Below, piece by piece: positions 1 to 10,266 of a stretch of DNA of 28,904 nt. Numbering within the stretch: the stretch's first letter is position 1; the number at the start of each line of letters is the position of its first letter. The position numbers were made by a program, and so were the translations under genes. Under the pieces are notes generated by a model. It was given only the letters and a program-made list of their open reading frames with translations, searched no databases and was not told where the DNA came from. This stretch comes from a virus (lineage: Duplodnaviria > Caudoviricetes): the IMG/VR virus record IMGVR_UViG_3300005805_000337, positions 1 through 28,904 of that record. One strand, written 5' to 3'.

Positions 1-50
1 CCTTTGTATTTCGATGGATTCTTTGGGAAGAACTTACCTGAGTATGCCAT
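1..50 (-). CDS. gp4: Head completion protein (T4 gp4-like), 5' fragment running off the window start
   Basis: Reverse complement from ATG at 50 reads MAYSGKFFPKNPSKYK(G), matching the recalled gp4-family N-terminus (MAYSGKFxPKNPxKYKG); divergent from the baseplate block as in T4-like phages. Not in the ORF track. Confidence 0.85.
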   Translation of the reverse strand, partial: MAYSGKFFPKNPSKYK

Positions 51-57
51 ATAAATA
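50..57 (+). promoter_or_regulatory. T4-type late promoter (TATAAATA, gp55 sigma)
   Basis: Exact TATAAATA 24 nt upstream of the gp48 ATG at 82. Confidence 0.85.
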
Positions 58-81
58 TATAGTCAACAATCAGGATATGAC

Positions 82-1218
82 ATGCCTTTAAAAAGAAAAA
101 GAAGTTCCTCGCAACTGAACAAGTTAGAAGGTGGAACATATAGTTTCAATAGATTGACATATCCAGCTGACGGGTTGGCTACTGATAAAATACCAAATTA
201 CATGATATTTTACATCAACATTCCAAACAGCGCACAATACTCAAATGCGAAAAAATTGAACGTAGAATCTAGATCAGATCAACTTTCTTCGGTGACGAGA
301 AAATCTTTGAAATTGAATGAAGGCAAGTTCGTTGACGTTGCAGTGGCTGGTGCTGCACTTGAGACCACAAAATCATTACTTAAAGGAAATGATCTTGGAG
401 AGGCTACTGGAGAGGGAATTACAAAGGGTGCTGGGTTAGGTGCAGCAAATGCATTAGTTAACCAAGTTAACAAAAAACCAAAATATAACAGAATTGAAAA
501 AGCAATTGCGTTGTACATGCCAGATACGCTAGTTCAAACATATTCTCATGATTATGACGCAATCTCGATCAGAGATGCACTAGGAACACTTGGTTTGCTG
601 CAGAGAGGTGGAACTGGTGCGATTGATACTGTGAATAAGGCTGTTTCTGGTGGAGGATTCGAAGCATTTAAAAATCCCAACCCAGGCGTAACAGAAGTCT
701 TGGGAACATTGGCGGAACAAACGGGATTAGTTGGTGGTGGATTCAAAGATCTTATTCTGAGGTCATCGGGAAAAGCTATCAATCCACAAATTGAGATGGT
801 ATACAAACAAACAAGAAATAGAAATTTTATTTTTGCTTTCAGATTTCAACCTAGAAATAGGCAAGAATCGACAAATATCAAAAACATAATAAGAGAATTT
901 AAAAGATATGCGGCTCCTTCTCTTTCAGGAGGCGACAATCAGAATGGCGCATACTTTACCATTCCAGCTCAGTTTGATATACAGTTTATGTTTAGAGATA
1001 AAGAAAATCCATTTATCGCAAGAATATCGACTTGTGTCCTAGAAAACATCGATGTTGATTATGCTTCGTCTGCACCATTTGCGACTTTCGAAGATGGTTC
1101 GCCAACTGAGATTGGATTGCAATTGAGATTCACTGAAGTCGATACATTGACAAAAGAGATATTTGAAGATTCTAGTGGTGGTGTCAATACTTCATTCTCA
1201 GACGGACCATCATTCTAA
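82..1218 (+). CDS. gp48: Baseplate tail-tube cap (T4 gp48-like)
   Basis: 378 aa; motifs LTYP, IALYMP, AINPQIEMVY..RNFIFAFRFQPRNRQES..IKNIIREFK, CVLENIDVDY, LRFTEVDTLTKE typical of gp48; upstream of gp53. Confidence 0.85.
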   Translation: MPLKRKRSSSQLNKLEGGTYSFNRLTYPADGLATDKIPNYMIFYINIPNSAQYSNAKKLNVESRSDQLSSVTRKSLKLNEGKFVDVAVAGAALETTKSLLKGNDLGEATGEGITKGAGLGAANALVNQVNKKPKYNRIEKAIALYMPDTLVQTYSHDYDAISIRDALGTLGLLQRGGTGAIDTVNKAVSGGGFEAFKNPNPGVTEVLGTLAEQTGLVGGGFKDLILRSSGKAINPQIEMVYKQTRNRNFIFAFRFQPRNRQESTNIKNIIREFKRYAAPSLSGGDNQNGAYFTIPAQFDIQFMFRDKENPFIARISTCVLENIDVDYASSAPFATFEDGSPTEIGLQLRFTEVDTLTKEIFEDSSGGVNTSFSDGPSF

Positions 1219-1883
1219 TGCAATATTTTTTAAACTTCAAATCAATACCATATTCACTGGACGATAATGATCTAGAGTACAAGATCGTAAAAAATCCATT
1301 CACAAGAGTTAAAATTATTCGAGATGTTCTTGAAAACATTCAATTGTTTTACGAATATCAAATAAAAGATTCAGACAATCCAGAAGTCATAGCGCATAAA
1401 TTGTATGGTGATCCAAACATGTATTGGATTGTTATGTTTGCAAATAACTTAATAGATCCATATTACGATGTTCCACTTGAATATACTGAGCTCGACTCAC
1501 TCATAATAAAAAAATATGGATCACTGTCGAACGCCCAATCACAAATTCATCATTATGAAAGTAAAGTCGAAATGACAACAAATGAAAATGGAATTATAGA
1601 AACAAAAGAATATGTTCAAGAAATAAAAGAGAAATCATACAATTACGCAACCAAAAGCGTTATAACAAATACTCTACCAACATTAGCAACAAGTCCAATA
1701 ACAGTATCTACAAATACAGAAACTATCGACGGCGTTACGATTACGAAAACAGTAAAACATTATGCAATCAGCAAGTATGACCATGAGTTGAATGAAAATG
1801 AGAAAAAAAGAACAATAAATCTAGTTCGAAACGAATATATCCCTCAAATTGAAACTGAATTTAAAACTCTTCTAAGTCAATGA
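1218..1883 (+). CDS. gp53: Baseplate wedge protein (T4 gp53-like)
   Basis: 221 aa; MQYF start, LysM-like YQIKDSDNPEVIAHKLYGDPNMYWIVMFANNLIDPY, IHHYE, C-terminal ELNENEKKRTINL. Confidence 0.9.
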   Translation: MQYFLNFKSIPYSLDDNDLEYKIVKNPFTRVKIIRDVLENIQLFYEYQIKDSDNPEVIAHKLYGDPNMYWIVMFANNLIDPYYDVPLEYTELDSLIIKKYGSLSNAQSQIHHYESKVEMTTNENGIIETKEYVQEIKEKSYNYATKSVITNTLPTLATSPITVSTNTETIDGVTITKTVKHYAISKYDHELNENEKKRTINLVRNEYIPQIETEFKTLLSQ

Positions 1884-3172
1884 CAAAAGAATTATTAAAA
1901 AGTTCAGATTATGAGATCAAGAACCTAACACTATACACTAGTGATGGGCAGTCAATTGATGTTGACAACATCATGTTAGAGTTAGACATCTTTGAAGATA
2001 TATTTTCTCCAGGAATGACTTGTACAATAAGAGTTTCCGATGGAGCAGATCTAATTTCAAATTTCAAGTTTCATGGAAACGAATTCTTAGAATTGGAAAT
2101 AGACAAACCGACATTAGATGATCCAATCAAGAAAGTCTTTAGATTGTATAAAATATCTGATAGAGATTTCGGAACCAATTACCAAAACTATACAATGCAT
2201 TTCTGTAGTGAAGAAATGATACTTTCTCCTCAAGTTATGATTTCGAAATCATATAGAGGATTGAAAATTAGTGGGATGATCAGAAATATTTTGTCTTCAT
2301 ACTTAAAGGTGAAGAAAACAAAAATAAAGTTTATTCAAGAAACAGAAAAAGCGTTTGATTTGATCATACCTCGAATGGATCCATTCGAGGCAATAATGTG
2401 GTTGACAACAAAAGCATATTCAAAAAATGACAGTTTGTTTTTATTTTTTGAAAATAGAGATGGATTTAATTTCACATCATATGAAAGATTGATAAAAAAA
2501 CGTCCATATACGAAATACTCAAAAGACTTTAAGATTGACGATGATGTATTTAAAAATATGTCATCTTTTAATTTTTTGAAAATTATAGAAGAGTTTGATA
2601 CTATCAAATCTTCAAGATACGGTGCATTCTCATCATCTTTCGTCAATTTAAATTTGATTACGAAAAAATTTAAAACGCACAATTTCAATGCGAATCAATT
2701 TAAAGATAAAGGTGTTCTGAATAAAGAAGTCACGATGAACAATTTTAAAAATCGACTCAATAAAACGTTTTACAATTCTCACCAAAATATGCTTAAATTC
2801 ACTATGTCGACTGACGCTGATGAGACTAGAAATCCATTATTAGCTGAAGAATGGTTATCTCAAACAGCATCTAAAATGGGACAATTGCATCTGTTTAAAA
2901 TGATCGGAACTGTCCCAGGAGACGTACTGTTGAAAGCTGGTCATGTAGTTGAAGTTGATATTCCAGATTTAAAACCAATTGATAGTGATAAAAGAGTCGA
3001 ATTGAATGAAACGAGAAGTGGGAAATATTTGGTTTCTTCCGTGCACCACAGATTCACTAAAGATGAGGGAATATATGTTTCTATAATAGAACTTCTTTCT
3101 GATAGCATTAGTGACAATATACCATCTCCAAACAACAATTTAGCTAAATTGAAAGAGTTATCTAGATCATGA
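1880..3172 (+). CDS. Baseplate hub protein (gp27/GPD-like)
   Basis: 430 aa between gp53 and gp5 with ATGA overlaps; IFEDIFSP, FLFFENRDGFNF and C-terminal PGDVLLKAGHVVEV..SGKYLVSSVHHRF resemble contractile-tail hub proteins. Confidence 0.65.
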   Translation: MTKELLKSSDYEIKNLTLYTSDGQSIDVDNIMLELDIFEDIFSPGMTCTIRVSDGADLISNFKFHGNEFLELEIDKPTLDDPIKKVFRLYKISDRDFGTNYQNYTMHFCSEEMILSPQVMISKSYRGLKISGMIRNILSSYLKVKKTKIKFIQETEKAFDLIIPRMDPFEAIMWLTTKAYSKNDSLFLFFENRDGFNFTSYERLIKKRPYTKYSKDFKIDDDVFKNMSSFNFLKIIEEFDTIKSSRYGAFSSSFVNLNLITKKFKTHNFNANQFKDKGVLNKEVTMNNFKNRLNKTFYNSHQNMLKFTMSTDADETRNPLLAEEWLSQTASKMGQLHLFKMIGTVPGDVLLKAGHVVEVDIPDLKPIDSDKRVELNETRSGKYLVSSVHHRFTKDEGIYVSIIELLSDSISDNIPSPNNNLAKLKELSRS

Positions 3173-5073
3173 TTCAAAAAAATTATGCTGGTTTAGATGG
3201 ATTTGTTTGGTGGATGGGTATTGTCGAATCCAGAAAAGATCCACTGGAACTCGGTCGTTGTCGGGTTCGTGTGTTTGGTTGGCATAGTCCAAGTCTCGGC
3301 GATATTCCTTCTGAGGACCTACCCTGGGCAGTTCCAATCAACGCATTGAATTCTCCAAATTTCGCTACGCCGAAAGAAGGTGATTTCGTTTTTGGATTTT
3401 TTTCTGATGGAAGAAATGCTCAAGTTCCACTTATACTTGGGACAATTCCCTCTTTTGCTCTAGAGAAAGCGAAATCTGATATTGGATTCAATGATCTAAG
3501 AACATCTGCAGATTTGGCTTCAGCTCCCAAAAAAGTCATCTCAAGAACATATAGCAGAACTGGTGGTGGAGCGAAACTAACTCAAGAATCTCCAGAAACT
3601 TATCCAAAGAGTAGAGATCTGAGAATGCCAACAACTAGCGCATTAGCTAGAAATGACCCAAATGAAACTCATGTTGTTACGTCAAGAAAACAAAGAGGTC
3701 CAATTGCGATCCCATCATCAGGACTCGCAATGTACAATACACCAAGCCCATCATATGCACCTGTTTATCCATATAATCAGGCAATGGAAACTGAATCAGG
3801 TCACTCTTTAGAATTTGATGACACTCCTGGAGCTGAAAGAGTTGAGCTGGCTCATCGTTCTGGAACAATGTTCGAAATTCAACCAAACGGAACTAAAGTT
3901 GAAGAGGTTGTGAAGGATAATTATTCAGTCGTAATGGGTGACGATTACGTGTATGTTATGGGTAAAGCGATTGTTAGTGTTGATAAAGATTGTACAATAA
4001 AAGTTACAGGGAACATGAAGATAGATGTCGGCGGAAATCTTGAAATCTCTGCTGCTGGTGATGTCATAATATCTTCTGGTAAAGATACAAAGATTGCATC
4101 TTCGGATGATGTGAAAATTGATGCTAGGAAAAACTCATCAATTACGGGTAAATCTTCTGCTCGTATTTCTTCTTCTGGTAGCACTTCGGTGAGCGGAAAG
4201 CGGTCCACGCGGGTTTCTTCCACTGGAAGAACCGCAATCAGTGGAATTGCAACTTCAATAACATCAGTTTCTTCCATCAAAACAAGCAGACTTTCTGTTG
4301 CTGGCAAAGTTTCTGCAACTGGTGTTTCTGCGAGTGGATTTGGATTTTCTATCCCCTCATTCCCAGCGTTGGAAGCAATTGCATCTGGAATAGAGGCATT
4401 CGCTGCAGCAATTCCAGCTGTGACTGCACTAACATCACAACTCACGGCTCTAACGTCACTAACAGATATTCAATCACTGATGGGAAGTTTAAATGTCGCT
4501 CAACTTGATGGGATGTTAGAATTGGCAAATGTGGCTGATATTAGTACATTGGTTGGATCTCTTGGTGGTCAATTTGGTGTTGCACAACTAATGGCAGGAG
4601 TCAGTCCAATGGGTATGGCTGCATTGGTTGGTGGATTGAATCCTGCATCAGCATTGTTGATGGCAAATCAGCTAACTTCCCTGAAAGGAGACGTAGCTGG
4701 AGGCGTGATGTCAAATCTTATGAGTAAATTGCCTGTAACTGATATTTCTAAATTTACTTCTAAATTGCCAATAGGAAAAATCAATGAGATGACTTCTTTG
4801 ATGAAGAATCCAGCAGACATAAGTAAACTGTATTCTGGTATGGGCGCTTCGCAAATAAGAAGTTCAATTACCTCTATGGCACCAACACAGTTAAAAACTG
4901 TGTTGTCTTCTATGGATGCCAAAAGTCTTCAGAAGACATTCACATCATTACCTGGTCAAGAATTGTCAAAAATTCAAAACAAAGTCGGATTTGATATTAA
5001 GAAAGCTATGTCTCAGAAATTGAAAGAAACAACTGGTAAAAAGTATCCAGTAAATTTAGATTTTGACTTATAA
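3169..5073 (+). CDS. gp5: Baseplate central spike (gp5-like) lacking a lysozyme domain, with a C-terminal helical extension
   Basis: OB-fold WWMGIVESRKDPLELGRCRVRVFGWH..LPWA..GDFVFGFF.DG..AQVP; YPYN..ETESGH..EFDDTPGAERV..HRSGT; beta-helix repeats; no T4-lysozyme motif recognised. Confidence 0.9.
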   Translation: MIQKNYAGLDGFVWWMGIVESRKDPLELGRCRVRVFGWHSPSLGDIPSEDLPWAVPINALNSPNFATPKEGDFVFGFFSDGRNAQVPLILGTIPSFALEKAKSDIGFNDLRTSADLASAPKKVISRTYSRTGGGAKLTQESPETYPKSRDLRMPTTSALARNDPNETHVVTSRKQRGPIAIPSSGLAMYNTPSPSYAPVYPYNQAMETESGHSLEFDDTPGAERVELAHRSGTMFEIQPNGTKVEEVVKDNYSVVMGDDYVYVMGKAIVSVDKDCTIKVTGNMKIDVGGNLEISAAGDVIISSGKDTKIASSDDVKIDARKNSSITGKSSARISSSGSTSVSGKRSTRVSSTGRTAISGIATSITSVSSIKTSRLSVAGKVSATGVSASGFGFSIPSFPALEAIASGIEAFAAAIPAVTALTSQLTALTSLTDIQSLMGSLNVAQLDGMLELANVADISTLVGSLGGQFGVAQLMAGVSPMGMAALVGGLNPASALLMANQLTSLKGDVAGGVMSNLMSKLPVTDISKFTSKLPIGKINEMTSLMKNPADISKLYSGMGASQIRSSITSMAPTQLKTVLSSMDAKSLQKTFTSLPGQELSKIQNKVGFDIKKAMSQKLKETTGKKYPVNLDFDL

Positions 5074-5076
5074 ATA
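5069..5076 (+). promoter_or_regulatory. T4-type late promoter (TATAAATA)
   Basis: Exact TATAAATA overlapping the gp5 stop codon, 23 nt upstream of the gp25 ATG. Confidence 0.8.
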
Positions 5077-5099
5077 GGAAAATAGTTAAAAGAACGCCC

Positions 5100-5492
5100 A
5101 TGGAACAACAAGCAAGAATCTACAAAGACTTGGATTTGACATTTAAACCACATCCAATTCGTAAAGATGTAAGCAAAAAGACTGGATACAATGCAGTTAT
5201 TCAGTCGGTTAAAAATCTTGTTCTACTCTCACATTATGAAAAACCATTTCATCCTGAGATTGGTTCAAATATTCGTAAGATGTTATTTGAACCTCTTGAT
5301 CCTATTTCCGCGACAATCATTGCGCGCGAAATAGAGGATGTGATAACGAACTTTGAACCGAGAGTTGAATTGAAAGACATAATAGTAGAGGAAGATTATA
5401 CAAATAATGGATTCAATATAACTGTTGAATTTTTTCTGCTGAATCTAGAAGAACCGATTATTGTAGATCTATTTTTAGAGAGACTAAGATAA
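5100..5492 (+). CDS. gp25: Baseplate wedge subunit / sheath initiator (gp25)
   Basis: 130 aa; YKDLDL..HP..AVIQSVKNLV..EKPFHPEIGS..LFEP..NFEPRV..LERLR. Confidence 0.93.
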   Translation: MEQQARIYKDLDLTFKPHPIRKDVSKKTGYNAVIQSVKNLVLLSHYEKPFHPEIGSNIRKMLFEPLDPISATIIAREIEDVITNFEPRVELKDIIVEEDYTNNGFNITVEFFLLNLEEPIIVDLFLERLR

Positions 5493-7541
5493 ATGGCAAA
5501 ACTCTCAGTATCAGAATTAGACTTTGACGCTATCAAGGCAAACCTAAAAGACTACCTTCGAGATCAAAACGAATTCGATGGATTCGACTTCGAAGGTTCT
5601 GCAATGAACATTCTTCTTGACATTCTTGCATATAACACACACTACAATTCATTCTATTTGAACATGATTGCGAATGAGATGTTTATTGATTCTGCGGCAT
5701 TGCGACCCTCAGTTGTTTCTCATGCAAAACTTTTGGGATACACTCCAAGATCAACAACTGCTGCCGTTGCAACGGTAAACGTCGCCATCACGAAATCAAT
5801 TTCTGACGCAACTACAATACTAACACTTCCAAGATTTACTCAATTTACAAGTCAGTCTGTGGATGGACAATCATTCGTTTTTGTGAGTGTTGATGAAAAA
5901 ACTTCATCAAATAACGGAACCTTGTTTGAGTTTAATAATGTTCAGATAAAAGAAGGAACACCAGCATCTTACGTCTACACGGTAGACAATTTATCGAACC
6001 CTAAACAAATATTTGATCTCCCTGATGAATTCATTGACACATCAACATTGCAAGTCATTATACAAAGATCCGAGACTGAAACTACACAACGAACATATAT
6101 TTTAGCAGAAAACGCAACAGAGGTTGCAACAACTTCTGAAGTATATTACCTCGAAGAAGGCGATGTTGGGAAATATCGAATCTATTTTGGAGATGGAGTT
6201 CTTGGTAAAAAACTAGATAACGGAAATTTAGTAATCGTAACTTACGTTGTCACAAACGGCGAAGACGCCAATGGAATTGAAAACTTTAGATTATCTGGAT
6301 CAGTCTTATCTGGTTCCACAACATCAATAACAACAGCAATTAAATCTTCTTCTGGATCCCCTAGAGAAACATTAGAGGATATAAAATTTAATTCACCAAA
6401 GACTTATTTGTCAAACAATCGAGCAGTCACTAAAAATGATTACATTGCTCTGATAAACAAAAAGTATCCATATTTTGATGCAGTCAATGTATGGGGCGGG
6501 GAAGAAAACGATCCACCAATTTATGGCAAAGTGTTCGTGACTGCAAAACCAAAAATTGGATTTGAGGTCACCCAAGCCGAAAAAGATCATTTGATCAATA
6601 CGATACTAAAACCAATTAGTGTTATGACTGTTACCCCACAATTCGTTGATGTAGACTATAATTTTCTAATTGTAAATATCAGATCTGAATATGATCCAAG
6701 ATTGACTTCTAAATCTTCTGGACAAATTGTTACTGGAATAAAAAATGCTGTTCTATTGTTCAATGATGAATATTTGAACACATTCAATTCAACGTTTAAA
6801 TCATCTAAACTTCTGCGCGAGATTGACGATTCAGATACATCAATTCAAAATTCTTCGTTAGATTTGTATATACAAAAAAGAATTCCTGTTGTGTTGGGCG
6901 AGTTCAGAGATTACACTTTAGAATATGGGACGCCATTGAGTCGCGGATCAACTGTTGATCAGAGAATGTATAGCGCACCAGGTTTCACTCAATTTGATAA
7001 AAATAGTGTTCTCAGAACATGTTTCCTTGAAGAAGTTCCAGATTCATTCAGTGGTATTGAAGAAGTTGAAGTTGTAGAAACTGGAAGAAACTACACATCA
7101 GTCCCAACATTGACAGTCTTGGGGGATGGTGTTGGTGCTGTCGTTGAAGCAGTTATTGTAAATAGAAAATTCAAGAGCGTTCGTGTTCTTCAACAAGGAA
7201 GTGGTTATACAAGTGCAATTATTCAAGTTGAGGGTGGCGGTGGTTCTGGCGTTGTACTAAATCCAATTATACAAGGTAAGAAGGGGACGATTCGGATTTA
7301 TTATTATGATGATCTAAATATCAAAACCACATTGAATCCGAACATTGGAACTGTTGAGTATGATATTGGGCGCGTTACATTGAAAGCATTTAGTGCAGTA
7401 ACTGTTGATGATCAAGATGGATTTTTACGATTCAATGCTAGACCAAGAACTTTGACATTCAAAAGCCAAAGACAGTCACTTACAACGATTGATGAGTTTG
7501 ATATAAATGCAATCAACGTCACATTGAGTGTTAGCAGCTGA
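5493..7541 (+). CDS. gp6: Baseplate wedge subunit (gp6)
   Basis: 682 aa; ELDFDAIKANLKDYL, DFEGSAMNILLDILAYNTHY, IYFGDGVLGK, RAVTKNDY, VWGGEENDPPIYGKV, GTVEYDIG. Confidence 0.93.
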   Translation: MAKLSVSELDFDAIKANLKDYLRDQNEFDGFDFEGSAMNILLDILAYNTHYNSFYLNMIANEMFIDSAALRPSVVSHAKLLGYTPRSTTAAVATVNVAITKSISDATTILTLPRFTQFTSQSVDGQSFVFVSVDEKTSSNNGTLFEFNNVQIKEGTPASYVYTVDNLSNPKQIFDLPDEFIDTSTLQVIIQRSETETTQRTYILAENATEVATTSEVYYLEEGDVGKYRIYFGDGVLGKKLDNGNLVIVTYVVTNGEDANGIENFRLSGSVLSGSTTSITTAIKSSSGSPRETLEDIKFNSPKTYLSNNRAVTKNDYIALINKKYPYFDAVNVWGGEENDPPIYGKVFVTAKPKIGFEVTQAEKDHLINTILKPISVMTVTPQFVDVDYNFLIVNIRSEYDPRLTSKSSGQIVTGIKNAVLLFNDEYLNTFNSTFKSSKLLREIDDSDTSIQNSSLDLYIQKRIPVVLGEFRDYTLEYGTPLSRGSTVDQRMYSAPGFTQFDKNSVLRTCFLEEVPDSFSGIEEVEVVETGRNYTSVPTLTVLGDGVGAVVEAVIVNRKFKSVRVLQQGSGYTSAIIQVEGGGGSGVVLNPIIQGKKGTIRIYYYDDLNIKTTLNPNIGTVEYDIGRVTLKAFSAVTVDDQDGFLRFNARPRTLTFKSQRQSLTTIDEFDINAINVTLSVSS

Positions 7542-9760
7542 TGTCAATAGATAATCCGATATCTTTTATCGTTGAGAATCAGATACCTGAATTCATTCGC
7601 TCAGATCCAGATCAAAAGTATGTAAATTTTGTTGCGTTCATAAAAGCATACTATGAGTGGATGGAACAGGAAAATGGTGTAACTGCTGAAAGTAGAAAGC
7701 TCCTTTCATATGCTGACATTGACAAAACAACTGATGAATTTATCAAGCAATTCATATTGAAGTTCCTGCCATATTTTCCAGAAAATCTAGCGAGCGATCG
7801 ATCGAAACTTATCAAAACAATCAATGAGTTTTATGCTAAAAAAGGTAGTATAGAATCATTGAAATTTTTGTTTAGAGTTGTTTATAATGAAGACATCGAT
7901 GTCTTCTTACCAAAAGAAAATATTCTAAGAGCGTCAGATGGTAAATGGAGAATCCCACAAACACTTAGATTGACTATTTCCCATACTGTTGCGACTTTTG
8001 ATTTGAGTACGATTAAAAAAAGATTAGCAGTTGGTAGAGAATCAAGAGCAACTTGTGTGATTGAATCGGCATACAGAACAATTGATGCTGGAACTGGCGC
8101 AGAGATATTTGAAGTTTACGTTTCTAATGTCAAAAAGAAATTCAGCAATGGAGAATATTTAGACGTTCAATATATTGATGAAAATGGAAATCAAGGAATT
8201 CTTTTATCTGAAAGAATTATTGGATCTCTTTCAAATATAAAGATCAATCCAAGAAAAAGAGGATTGCGGTATAGAGTTGGCGATCCAGTCGTTTTCTTTG
8301 GTGGTCTGTCTGATGATCCTTCAGTTCCTAAACAAGAAGCCAGAGCCATTGTCAATGATGTAACTGATGGAAGAGTTCAAACAGTTGGAGTCATCAAAGG
8401 TGGGTTTGGTTTCAGAATAAAGTCAAATACAGAAGTTGATGTTATAAATGCTCCTGAAGATACAACTGGAACTGGAGCGAAAGTTGAAGTCGAAGAAGTT
8501 GTTGGTGTTCAACCATTCGCATTCAACATCGATTCAATTTATGAATATAAAGATATTCAATTGAATGCTGCAAATTACGGATTTCCAAATGCATCTGTTT
8601 CTCCTGGAAGTTCAGACATCAATACGACATTGAATGTTGCATTTAGTTACGAAACAACTAATCTTGGCGTGGTATCAAAACTCAAAATTAGATCTTCTGG
8701 AACAAAATATACTGAGGTTCCAACAATTGATATAAATTCTTATTATGATACATCAAATTCAGAATCATATTTCAATAGTGTTATAAATCTTGGACAAGAA
8801 TCATTTCGGGATGACTGGGAATCAACAAGGCAAAACTTTTTAGCTCTCGGGAAGATTTCTAATGTCGAAATTGTACAAGGCGGAACTGGGTATGACGTAA
8901 ACACTGATAAAATTTATATAAACAGAAGTGGCGGTGGCGGATATGGTGCAAATATAACATTTACGACATCTTCTGGAGTTATAACAAGCGTGACATTGGT
9001 CTCTGGCGGCGAAGGATATAATGGACCAAAAGGTTCAATTGAATTAGTCGTTGCAAACAGCTCAAATATTTATGCATCTTCATCTGGTTCTGGTGCAATA
9101 ATACGAGCATATCGTTATGGCGAAGGCGATCAAAGTTTTGCCACTGTTGATGATGTCGGAAGGATCAAGAGTTTCAAATTGCTAAGTCGTGGAGCTGGTT
9201 ATGTATCAACTCCTAATGTTTCTTTGAAAATCAAAGATATATCAATTGCTCCAATTGGCAATAATAGCGCAATTCAACAATTCAATGAAGGACAGTTAGT
9301 ATATCAAGGTGCAAATATCAACTCCACAACCTTTATAGGATCTGTCGATTCGTACACATCATCAAATGGTACTCTTAGATTGTATAATTATAACGGCGTT
9401 TTGAATACATTTGCTAATCTAACTGTAACTGAAACTTCAGCATATGCAGCATATAATGTAAATGCATATGCTGAAGTGAACACTTTTGGCAATGGATTAG
9501 CACGAGCTAATGCTGAATTCCTGAATGGCGTAATCAATTATGATGGTTATTTCTTGAATACAGATGGATTTTTATCTGCAGATAAAGTTTTGCAAGATTC
9601 AAGAAAATATCACAATTTCTCATATGTAATTTTGACAGAACAGTCGTTGAAAGAATATAAAAATATGTTGATGGATATTCTACACCCAATAGGAACGAAG
9701 ATGTTGGGTAAAAAGAAAATTGTTGATACTGTTACAACTGGATTTAGATTCTCATTATGA
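7541..9760 (+). CDS. gp7: Baseplate wedge initiator (gp7-like)
   Basis: 739 aa; QIPEFI..FIKAYYEWME, FYAKKGSIESLKFLFR, ILRASDGKW, C-terminal LQDSRKYHNFSYV..ILHPIG; between gp6 and gp8. Confidence 0.8.
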   Translation: MSIDNPISFIVENQIPEFIRSDPDQKYVNFVAFIKAYYEWMEQENGVTAESRKLLSYADIDKTTDEFIKQFILKFLPYFPENLASDRSKLIKTINEFYAKKGSIESLKFLFRVVYNEDIDVFLPKENILRASDGKWRIPQTLRLTISHTVATFDLSTIKKRLAVGRESRATCVIESAYRTIDAGTGAEIFEVYVSNVKKKFSNGEYLDVQYIDENGNQGILLSERIIGSLSNIKINPRKRGLRYRVGDPVVFFGGLSDDPSVPKQEARAIVNDVTDGRVQTVGVIKGGFGFRIKSNTEVDVINAPEDTTGTGAKVEVEEVVGVQPFAFNIDSIYEYKDIQLNAANYGFPNASVSPGSSDINTTLNVAFSYETTNLGVVSKLKIRSSGTKYTEVPTIDINSYYDTSNSESYFNSVINLGQESFRDDWESTRQNFLALGKISNVEIVQGGTGYDVNTDKIYINRSGGGGYGANITFTTSSGVITSVTLVSGGEGYNGPKGSIELVVANSSNIYASSSGSGAIIRAYRYGEGDQSFATVDDVGRIKSFKLLSRGAGYVSTPNVSLKIKDISIAPIGNNSAIQQFNEGQLVYQGANINSTTFIGSVDSYTSSNGTLRLYNYNGVLNTFANLTVTETSAYAAYNVNAYAEVNTFGNGLARANAEFLNGVINYDGYFLNTDGFLSADKVLQDSRKYHNFSYVILTEQSLKEYKNMLMDILHPIGTKMLGKKKIVDTVTTGFRFSL

Positions 9761-10251
9761 CAATTTTTACCAAAAATAAAGCAATAACTGGGAGCGTAAC
9801 AGTCAATCCCAAAAGTTCAAATTTTCAATTGAATGGTGTGTCAACAAATTTCCTTTCTGATGCTTCAAATTTAGATCTTGTGATAATCAATAACGACGTT
9901 CCATCTAGAAAGCAAGTGAAAGAAATAATAAATGTAAATACAAATATGATACTCACTTTAGAAAGCAACACAAAAATTTATGGTGACGGATACATAAACA
10001 TTGCAAATGGATCTAATGTTATTGTTGTTACAAAAAATACTGCAGTGATGAATCTAATCGCAAATGATACAATAATATATGAATATCTAAATAATAATGT
10101 CGAGAGTAAAATTATAAGTGGAAGTGGATTTACATATACATTGAACACAGACAGTTCATTTTTTACTGCAAGTGCAACTCTGACTAACTACATTATCTAT
10201 CCATATATTGACAATGTTTCGTATGAGATTATACGAACTTACCAAAATTAG
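9757..10251 (+). CDS. Hypothetical virion structural protein (beta-rich, Asn/Ile/Thr-rich)
   Basis: 164 aa, ATGA-coupled to gp7; resembles the beta-module inserted in gp8. Confidence 0.6.
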   Translation: MTIFTKNKAITGSVTVNPKSSNFQLNGVSTNFLSDASNLDLVIINNDVPSRKQVKEIINVNTNMILTLESNTKIYGDGYINIANGSNVIVVTKNTAVMNLIANDTIIYEYLNNNVESKIISGSGFTYTLNTDSSFFTASATLTNYIIYPYIDNVSYEIIRTYQN

Positions 10252-10266
10252 AGAATAGAATCAGAT

